This document shows positions 28,898 through 36,918 of a DNA stretch of 36,918 nucleotides, piece by piece. Position numbers and translations under genes: made by a program. The DNA comes from Tubiluchus corallicola (lineage: Eukaryota > Animalia > Priapulida). The notes under the pieces are model-generated. The model did no database searches. It saw only the letters and a program-made list of their open reading frames with translations, and was not told the DNA's origin. The stretch covers positions 1-36,918 of the forward strand of contig JAQGDQ010002441.1 in the NCBI GenBank assembly GCA_030141605.1, in the 5' to 3' direction. How positions within the stretch are numbered: position 1 is the first letter of the stretch; every line of letters begins with the position of its first letter.

Positions 28898-29665
28898 ATG
28901 AAAACAAAACTATTATTATTGCCAATTTTGGCAGCACTATTGATAACTACTTGTACCACCAATAACGACCTACAGCGACAAATAGATGAACTAAAAAACC
29001 AGCAAGGCGAGCTTGTTGAACTAAAATTCAAAACAGCAGGCATTGAAGACAACTCAGCAGCAAGGGTGATGGAAATGGAAGACGACTGGATGCCCAACGT
29101 ATTGGAAATAGAGGTGAACGGAACAGTGGTAAGGCGCAAAATAACTTTTACCGATGCCAATGAGATAAGCACCGATGCAAAAATATATGTGCAAAACGGC
29201 AGCAATGCCCTCAATAGGTTTGAGCTGCTAAATACCAATGATGTGCCGCTATATGAGTGCCCCAACACTATCAACTTTACGGCAACAACTGGCACCACGC
29301 TTAACCTAACTGTGCCTATACAAAAATATGACGAAAATAAGCCAAAAAACACTTTTGAAGTGACTATCAACGTAGGAACGCTGGAGGGTGAGTGTGAAGT
29401 TGATACGCAGGAAAAACTCAACTTCATAAAAAGCTTAGAGTTTACAGATATTTATTTTTTATGGATTCGTAGGGGAGTTGAGTTAGCGGGGTGGGAATGT
29501 AAAGCTACAGAGCTTATAAACAAATATTATACGGGAGATCTTAGCCAAAAATTTGCTATTACAGAGAACTGCACAATCAACGGGGCTGTTTTGCCTAATT
29601 TTAATGGCAACACGTCTCCAGAAGAAAAAGATGCTATTTTGGAGCAACTAAACTGCCAAGAATAA
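28898..29665 (+). CDS. Predicted lipoprotein with short coiled coil and beta-rich domain
   Basis: MKTKLLLLPILAALLITTC signal peptide ending in Cys; DLQRQIDELKNQQ coil; own TATATTTG -7 box at 28851-28858. Confidence 0.8.
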   Translation: MKTKLLLLPILAALLITTCTTNNDLQRQIDELKNQQGELVELKFKTAGIEDNSAARVMEMEDDWMPNVLEIEVNGTVVRRKITFTDANEISTDAKIYVQNGSNALNRFELLNTNDVPLYECPNTINFTATTGTTLNLTVPIQKYDENKPKNTFEVTINVGTLEGECEVDTQEKLNFIKSLEFTDIYFLWIRRGVELAGWECKATELINKYYTGDLSQKFAITENCTINGAVLPNFNGNTSPEEKDAILEQLNCQE

Positions 29666-29675
29666 CCGCAACCAC

Positions 29676-29704
29676 AAAAAAAGGGAGCTTAAGAGCTCCC
29701 TTTT
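29676..29704. terminator. Bidirectional intrinsic terminator
   Basis: AAAAGGGAGCT-TAAG-AGCTCCCTTTT between convergent genes. Confidence 0.88.
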
Positions 29705-29707
29705 ACT

Positions 29708-30985
29708 TTAATTCAGACGTTCTATCCTATACGAAAAGTTTCTAGTAGAGTTGCCACCTCCGCCTAATTGAAATTCGATCTTGTTGGCATCTACAATCTT
29801 ATAATTAATGGTTGTTGTGTCCCCTGAACCAGTTCTCTGAGAACTACATAGAACCAGCACGTTGGTGCTATTGAGCCCATGATTTATTATTTCATGAGTG
29901 CCGGAAGATCCTCCAGAAGTCCCTTGTACTACTTTGTTGCTGATAACTCTTCCGTTATAATATTTGTGATATTGGCTTGCAATAGGAGTGGTATTGGTTG
30001 CTGCTCCTTGGTTAAATTCAACACTCGATGGAAAACGCCCTCTAAAAAATTCCAATTCTATAAAGTGCCAACTTCCACTATTTTCATGCGTCTTAACCTG
30101 CACCTCATATATGTCTGTTGCAATTTCCACTACTTGTATTTTCGCGGTACTATTGGTTGCGTACCACTCTGCCTGCCATCTAGGTCCCTTGCCCTGATCT
30201 CTATTACTTGGACACAGTACCACTGCTTCTCCCCACAAATTCCGACTATTTCCAAAAATGGTGTTGTTGTTATATATTTTAGCCTTAAAACTTCCATCAT
30301 TCCCCTTATTAATAGTAACTCTTGCCGCCACCATAAACTCAGTGGAGCTAAAAAAAGCACCCGTATATTTTTTTTTGTCTCCGTATCTAAAATTATCCCC
30401 ATCTATTCTCACATCGCCATTGTCTTCTTGGATTATATTGCTATCTTCAAACGCGTTTTTTGTTTCACTCCATATAGGTATTTTTTTGTCCGTTACGCCA
30501 TTGGCTACAATTCGCTGCTGCAATGCCAGCTCCCATGTTCTTAAAGTGCTTTCTCCACCGCTTGGAGCAGTTATTATCACCCTATCGGCTGGCGCGGGGT
30601 CTGTTGCACTTATCACACCTTCGTAGAGCTCAGAAAAGTTTTTGTTACTACCCGTTTGATACGGCTTTTGTGTGAATGTTTTTTGCTTGATTAAATACTT
30701 CGGAGTGGATAGGTCTACATTGTTGTCCCCCTGAAAAAATACCAGCTCGCCATCTATCACAGCATACCCATTGCTAATATCGTATAGGTCTCCTCCTAAA
30801 TCTGTAAACTTAAACCCATCTAATATAAACCCCTCCAAATCGCCGTCAGGCTTGGTGTTGGCACTTTTTAAAAATCTATCCAACACATCATATATTGCGT
30901 TAATACGCTGTTGGTCTGCTGCAAAAAACGGACGACCACCAGTTTCATTTACCACTCTCTTTCTCTGTTCTATTGTTATACTCAT
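29708..30985 (-). CDS. Phage tail fibre / receptor-binding protein
   Basis: N-terminal TGGRPF...GFILDG...ISNGYAVIDGELVFFQG anchor; beta-rich C-terminus with INHGLN; follows baseplate genes. Confidence 0.7.
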   Translation of the reverse strand: MSITIEQRKRVVNETGGRPFFAADQQRINAIYDVLDRFLKSANTKPDGDLEGFILDGFKFTDLGGDLYDISNGYAVIDGELVFFQGDNNVDLSTPKYLIKQKTFTQKPYQTGSNKNFSELYEGVISATDPAPADRVIITAPSGGESTLRTWELALQQRIVANGVTDKKIPIWSETKNAFEDSNIIQEDNGDVRIDGDNFRYGDKKKYTGAFFSSTEFMVAARVTINKGNDGSFKAKIYNNNTIFGNSRNLWGEAVVLCPSNRDQGKGPRWQAEWYATNSTAKIQVVEIATDIYEVQVKTHENSGSWHFIELEFFRGRFPSSVEFNQGAATNTTPIASQYHKYYNGRVISNKVVQGTSGGSSGTHEIINHGLNSTNVLVLCSSQRTGSGDTTTINYKIVDANKIEFQLGGGGNSTRNFSYRIERLN

Positions 30986-30996
30986 AATATTATTTT

Positions 30997-31167
30997 TTAA
31001 TCGTTATATAAAGCTCTCTTTCTATTTTTTCTCTTTGTATAAGGCAAGCCCATAATTAACTTGTAAGCCATGCCACACGCTCTACACCCATAATACTCTT
31101 GCTCTGCAAGCGTGGTTATTTTTATATCTGTTTCTCTACAATTAGGGCACTGTTGGTTTATATTCAT
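30997..31167 (-). CDS. Small zinc-ribbon protein (56 aa)
   Basis: MNINQQCPNC-x17-CRACG...KRKNRKR; fills the gap between tail genes; absent from the ORF track. Confidence 0.65.
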   Translation of the reverse strand: MNINQQCPNCRETDIKITTLAEQEYYGCRACGMAYKLIMGLPYTKRKNRKRALYND

Positions 31168-31171
31168 GGTT

Positions 31172-31693
31172 TTATGTTATTGTTGCAAATTCACTATCAA
31201 ACAAAATTTCAAAGAAGAATCCTCCTGATTTATATTTTTGCACCTCCGCCCTTACTGTCTCTTTTATCTCTGGCGTGGCAACTGCCAAGTCATCGGGTAT
31301 CACTACTATAAAAAAGTTTATCGATACCACCGTATTTTCTCCTTCCAAAAACGAGTAAAACGGAGTCATTGCCTCCACCTCAAAATATATATAAATCGCA
31401 GGTTGAGCCTCTCCCTCTGTAAAAACAAAAAATATCAAATCCTTTTTCTCTGTAAGAAATATCCTCTCTAATGTTGCATCATATAATTTGTTCAAATGCC
31501 TTTCAAGACTTATTTTAGAAGGCTTTATATTGGCAATCTCTAATATGTTCTGCCTATCAACGACATACTCCCCCCACAAGGTTACCAATGGCGACAAAAG
31601 GGACTCTATCCAACCTCTTTGTTTGTCTTTGTTAAATAACGCTCCCAAATATTGCGCTATAAATTTGTTTATGTCAAACCCTAAAAAATTCAT
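31172..31693 (-). CDS. Phage baseplate wedge-type protein
   Basis: WIESLLSPL, SLERHLNKLYD...RIFL, FIVVIP, VQKYKSGG; lies downstream of a J-like gene. Confidence 0.65.
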   Translation of the reverse strand: MNFLGFDINKFIAQYLGALFNKDKQRGWIESLLSPLVTLWGEYVVDRQNILEIANIKPSKISLERHLNKLYDATLERIFLTEKKDLIFFVFTEGEAQPAIYIYFEVEAMTPFYSFLEGENTVVSINFFIVVIPDDLAVATPEIKETVRAEVQKYKSGGFFFEILFDSEFATIT

Positions 31694-31696
31694 CTT

Positions 31697-31864
31697 TTAT
31701 GTCGTTTTAGGAATATAAGTAAATGCATCGACTATCGCCTGCACTCCTCCATCGTAGACAAAATAGCCCGCCTCCGTTAGTTCCTCCTTGTCTATTGCCA
31801 AAGTGCCACCTCCATCAGGCGTCAAGGATGTGAAAATAACTACATTGAGTGTAGGCGAGTGTTT
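31697..31864 (-). pseudogene. 3' fragment of a baseplate J-like gene, cut off at the junction
   Basis: ...VVIFTSLTPDGGGTLAIDKEELTEAGYFVYDGG...FTYIPKTT*; the frame has no ATG and is closed upstream by TAG near 31865. Confidence 0.6.
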
Positions 31865-34800
31865 CTAATAATTAACTAATAGGCTATAAAGTTTAGTAAT
31901 GGCGAGCGAGTCCAAATAGTGATGACATCACAGTGAACATAATTTTTAACAGCACAAACATTCCATGAGCGTGTTACACGTGTTTGCGAAAGCAGAAATT
32001 GAAGTGCAATGGTACTGTGCAACATTCAGTGTGATATACGTTTATAAATATAAATTTCAAGTTTGCCGCCATGCTAACGCATGAGCTCTCAAACGTGTGT
32101 GTCCCATCACAGCCGAACTGCATTTCAACTCGGAGGTACAGTGCCTGTGTTTTGTGCACGTTTCCGAGATGCAGACGCTAATGCCCATCTAACTTGAAAT
32201 TAGGTTTTTGTCGTAATAAATTTTTCATGTAAATCCTTTAACAAATGGTATGTTCCCTTTCAATATTTTATAGTGCAGATTGGTTAACAGCTATAGTTTA
32301 AGTTTGGGTCCAGTTTCCCTTTAGCAAAGTCTTTGTGACTTTCATTCAATAGTGAAGCGCTACTAACCTTCACAGGAGCTGAAGTTGATTGATTAAACCA
32401 TATAAGCCGCATTATATTCTCTTCTAATCAGGAAACCAAACTTCAGTGGGACCCTCTGCGTATAACACAGATATTGTACTAATTGCGCCGCAGAGGAAAC
32501 GTGGAAAATAGCACATGTTACATCCCTTTGTGACAAATACCTTTTCTATTATTTCACTTCATGCTAACGTTGTCTGCTAAATGAGCGACGGTAAATAAAT
32601 CTCAAGTGTCTTTGTCTTTCGTCTTTTGATCTTTTGAAGTCTAGTTTGCTAGAAAAACTTAAACAAAAACATGTTCTTGCCTTTTAAGTATAATTCTAAT
32701 ACTGCACAAAAGCAACGTGAAAAATGTGCAAAAATTCGTTTGAATTCGTCTGAAGATGCTTTTCAGACATTAGCACTTTTGAACCTCTAAAATCACTTTT
32801 CAGAAATATAATAAAAATTATGCTTAAAAAGTGATAGCTAGAGTAGTTTGGTAGTTAAAGTGCGCGAAAGTGTAAAACCACGGAAGAGTTTTAGCAAGAA
32901 TTTAAATTACCAGTTGGTTCGACTATCGTTGGAAGTGTGTCAACTTCTGTGGTTGTGTTGTGTTTAGAAGCTTTTATCAAAACTATCGAAGTTTTTACAA
33001 CAAAACTGATTAATTCTTTTCAGTTTTTACTTTATTGATCTGTTTTATAATTATGTCGTATAATTGATGCCCAAAATTTATCTTTGAAGTAGTTTGGAAT
33101 GCTGACCCGAGATGGCGCCAGAGAGTCATATTTCTCAAAACTTACTGAAGTCCTGTTTGAGTATGAGTCAAGTGTAATTTGTACTTTGTGGGGAAACAGA
33201 GATCGTTGAGATAAAAGTTTTCTGCTGTGAAATAATTATTTTCATACAATTTTTTGTTGAAAGAAGCCCGCAAAAGAAAGCCAAGTAGAAAACATAAGAA
33301 GATCTGGGCTCCAGTGTCGAAATCATGGCTGTGTGTTAGTTAGAAAGCTTGGGCAAAATTTTGCCTAAAGAAGTTGGCTCAATGTAACTGGAAACTGGGA
33401 GCAGTAAAAATTATACCCATGGTGCGAATCGAACCTTATTTATTGGAATGCATCAGTTATACACTTAGAGGCTTATTAATTAATAAGATGCGGCCTGCTT
33501 GCAGTGAAATTTTATGAATCACTGATGTGGTTTTTCAAAAACAAAAAAAAACTGAAAATTAGAAAGTGTTTAGCTAAGAGGTCGTAAATGGATCCGATTA
33601 TAATTCTTTTCTCTTTCAGCTTTACTGTTGTATCAGGTATAAGTGATAGCAAGCCAATATGCATAGGATTTAGTAATAAATTATTACCCATACAAGTTCC
33701 TGTCCATCTAAAATCGCTTTACTTTCACAGCAACAATAACGAGTATCAATTATTCTTGGTTACTATGACAACCGAATTTCTTAGCTCAGAATGCATTGCG
33801 GTAGGTCTCTTATAAATCAAAGTTTTAATTGCCCTATTATGTGCGTTTTGATAAATTATCAAATTTCTTAAATGCCAAAGAGAGATTCTAATGTCATTCA
33901 ATGATTACTTTCATTCGGTTTGTTATCCACTGCTGTGTTAAGAATGACGTGATTAGCTTCTTGTTGATGCTTTTTTTGGAAACATGGGACAAGCGAAACT
34001 TTGCCTTTCTTTAAAGGTAAACCGGGCTCAATCTTAAGCTATAGTTCAAAACAATCTACCTCACAAAATGTTGAAAATAAACACTGCTGTTTTTTCAAGA
34101 ATGAAAGAATGAAAGAATTATTACCACATAATCGTATTTAAACTTTCTCGCGACTAATTCTTTGCTGTTACATGCATTTCGCCTTTCGCTAGTTAGATAG
34201 GTGCTAGCGCCTGCAGTTCGAAAACAGTTTCCACAAGAACAGGTGCTGTACCTCTCAGTTTAGAGGTGTTCAGTTATAACGTAGTGCACATGCTTTGGAG
34301 CTCATGCGTGAGCACAGCGGTAGATTTTAAGTTTGAATTTTAAGCATAAAAGAAAAGAGGTCGATAAGAAAAGGTATAAAAGTGAAATAGATTTCCTATA
34401 ATTGATTTGGTAGTGATAGCATGCATTCAGTTAACGTTGCCGGAAATTGAAACTGAAAAATGCGTAGATAGGCAGCCCGAGGAAAATCCGGATATGTGTA
34501 AAATCTACGTGCTATATATGGCATATTTAGCGCATAGTGATTCGTTATTGCCTATTTCCGATATATTTAACCAAACCTCATTTAACGTGGTTAATATGGC
34601 GTAATGCAGAAAGTATGTTAAAATTTACGAGGCATTTTTAATATGTGTTATGAACTGATGATTGCAGGTGAAAAATTATAGCTGTATCCATCTAATATCA
34701 AACTTTTTATTTTGTACCGAAACTTTGCAAAATTGTGCAATACTGATTGATACTGCGTTACAACTTCTGAAAACAGTGATGACAGTGTTTTTTATAAAAG

Positions 34801-35342
34801 TAAAGTCATGTTAATTAACTTCGTGTTCTCTTCGTGGGGAAATGAGAAATAAAAGGGTTCGTTTTAATTAAAATCTTATCGAATAAGAAAAAATTAAAAA
34901 TATTAAATGTATTTTCTTGGTTTTTATTAATTTTTTGTCGTACGTCTTTCTCTTGATAGTTACTGAACATTTTACAGCTAAATGAAATCAAAATTGTTGC
35001 GTTGCTGACAGATGTACACTTTTTTGCACGCCAAATTTTCACATCATTCGCTAGATATTAACGCATTAAATCGAGAGGTGGCGTGGGTCTATCCACGGCA
35101 TTTTTTCTCAACGCAGCCTTCTCAAACCTGTATTCAAATCAAATTTGAAACCTACTCAAAAAAGTCATTCGTTCATTCCTTCATTCATTTACAAATCTGC
35201 CATCTCGCGACCACATGCTTGTAAAAATAGTTCTCTGTTTGCCTCCATTTTAAGCAGGATGTCTGCAATGTGTGCCTAAATAAAATTTATTTGGCTAAAG
35301 TTTACAATTCCCCACACACAAGAAATTAGTCCCTGAAGCGGA

Positions 35343-35365
35343 TTAGGATTAGGGTTGGGTTAGGG
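35343..35365 (+). repeat. Short degenerate TTAGGG-like tract
   Basis: TTAGGA-TTAGGG-TTGGG-TTAGGG. Confidence 0.45.
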
Positions 35366-35918
35366 TATTTAAATTGTGTATGGAATTGCAAGCTCCTTCC
35401 ATTTATTTATATTTATTTTTTTATATTTGTATATTTAGGCGCGTGTAGAAAGTGTTAGGTCTGTCAAATTTTATTTACTTAAATAATGAATTACTTTTTG
35501 TTTCACAGGAAGATCTGTTGTCGTTTTTTTCTTGTACAATTTGTCCTGTTTCATTTTATGGTTTTATTAGTTTCTGATTAAAATATATATTGATTTATTA
35601 GTGGCCAGTTTTCTTCTGTTACAGTGTTTGCGAAACGCTCTTTAATTGAAAATCGTTCAAAGTATTTTGTGTTTGGGCAAACATTGCAGACATGGTGCTA
35701 AAATACAGGCAGGCAGAGAACTATTTTGACATGCGTCTGGCCGCGAGATCGCAGATTTGTAAGTGAATGAAGGAGCGAAAGAATGACTTATTTTGAGTAA
35801 AAAGTTTGAGTGTGAGTTATAGATGGTAGTGTTGACAATAGGCCCATGTTAGCTCTCGATTTATGCGTTAAAATCTATCGAATATCGTGGCGTGCATGCG
35901 TCTTGCTCAAAAAGAATA

Positions 35919-35941
35919 TAGTAATAGTAGTAGCAGTAGCT

Positions 35942-35999
<58 letters not shown>

Positions 36000-36078
36000 C
36001 AGTAGCAGTAGCAGTAGCAGTAGCAGTAGCAGTAGCAGTAGCAGTAGCAGCAGCAGCAGTAGCAGTAGCAGTAGCAGT

Positions 36079-36110
<32 letters not shown>

Positions 36111-36160
36111 CAGTAGCAGTAGCAGTAGCAGTAGTAGTAGTAGCAACAGCAGTAGCAGTA
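35919..36160 (+). repeat. Compound microsatellite (AGT)n/(AGCAGT)n/(AGC)n
   Basis: Directly visible ~240-bp trinucleotide repeat. Confidence 0.97.
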
Positions 36161-36918
36161 AATTTATTGACTGGTGGCAATCCATTCTCAACAGTTACAA
36201 TTAATTTTAAAAACTGCAACTTAGGTTAGTTAAAAGGTTGAAATTCTGATTTCATCCACCACTATAGATTCTCCTAACGAGTCTGTAGTATTATATGCTA
36301 GCTATTACGTTTGACGTCTCGGAATGGGAAGAGGAGGAAAGTGAAAGGGCTGCAGTAATTTACTCAACGTTGCTGATGTACTGCTTCAAGCGATTAGTGA
36401 AGGCCTGCCAACATCAATCTGCCTCGTTCAGTTTGCCTCTAATATGATTTAGGGACAGGTAAAATGGTCGAGCAGAGGCTGGGAAAGAGGCGACAAATTA
36501 AATTGCGAGGAATGAAGTGGTACGAGGATTGTGGATTGTATAGTTTTATGCGTGCTCATTCTGGACTATAGGGAATGCTTTAATGGTTACCAGGAAAGTT
36601 TGCATTTAGTTAGGAAAGAACAAGTCGCTCAGTATGTTGGGTCTATTTTACTGTTATCACTTAAACTTAAACTTAAACATAACATATAACTTAAATATCG
36701 CTGAAAAATATAACAAAGAAATTTACAAATTCTGCCTGTAAAGCATAAATTTATAATATACTATCTCTGAATAGAAATTTACAGGCGTAGTGGTTGCCGC
36801 CATTCACTTGAAAATCATGACGTAACTGGGAGTCTTCGTGACTTTCTGTAAGCGCGTCGTGGCTTTCCGTAAGCCACGTTGCTTAAACTAATTCAAAGTT
36901 CTGCGACTTACCTAATGT

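Larger units (their letters stand above)
19524..31864. mobile_element. Mu-like transposable prophage, partly decayed and truncated on the right
   Basis: Order repressor | Ner | DDE transposase | AAA ATPase | DUF3164 | GemA-like | tail completion, plus tail fibre/baseplate genes; candidate TG left end at 19524 or 19533; boundaries approximate. Confidence 0.88.
31865..36918. other. Non-coding, eukaryote-like DNA (probable host sequence)
   Basis: About 5 kb with no credible ORF on either strand, a long microsatellite, a TTAGGG-like tract and splice-acceptor-like motifs (e.g. TTTTTGTTTCACAG near 35495). Confidence 0.8.

Noticed and set aside
26306-29665. Diversity-generating retroelement
   Set aside because: No reverse transcriptase in the window, and paralog differences are not confined to adenines
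29879-30626. Alternative-frame ORFs within the tail fibre gene, and similar antisense ORFs over housekeeping genes
   Set aside because: Fully overlap well-supported genes and show no recognisable motifs
35611-35623. 13-bp match TTCTTCTGTTACA to RNA module A
   Set aside because: Low-complexity, splice-acceptor-like sequence; plausible by chance
35846-36229. Poly-Ser/Val/Thr/Leu ORFs
   Set aside because: Artefacts of a trinucleotide microsatellite with few stop codons

Overview
The window has three parts. (1) 1-~19500 is an AT-rich, gene-dense Bacteroidota chromosome segment, Cytophagales-like by gene order and TAnnTTTG promoters. It carries exbB-family, nadC, rpsO-pnp-rpoD-trxB, FkbM, DUF1015, nadD, a doubly frameshifted carB, a beta-propeller/OmpA protein with a Pro-Ala VNTR, an ECF sigma factor, ispF, an orphan fucI, DUF2851 and tRNA-Asp(GTC). 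(2) ~19520-~31860 is a partly decayed Mu-like transposable prophage starting just after the tRNA terminator: repressor, Ner/Cro, DDE transposase, MuB-like ATPase, DUF3164, GemA-like, tail completion, and tail fibre/baseplate genes on the opposite strand. Its accessory region holds a 1243-bp direct duplication, a shuffled lipoprotein gene family sharing one leader sequence, and an unexplained non-coding cassette present twice. In that cassette, perfect 35-bp inverted promoter/operator elements converge on a shared terminator and enclose an A-B-B-A array of hairpin/pseudoknot modules; this is the best candidate for an undescribed system. (3) From ~31865 the baseplate gene is cut off and the sequence becomes ORF-poor and eukaryote-like, with an (AGT/AGC)n microsatellite. 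This points to a host/symbiont chimeric contig or a bacterial insertion in a eukaryotic genome. All family calls come from motif recognition by eye; no database searches were run.
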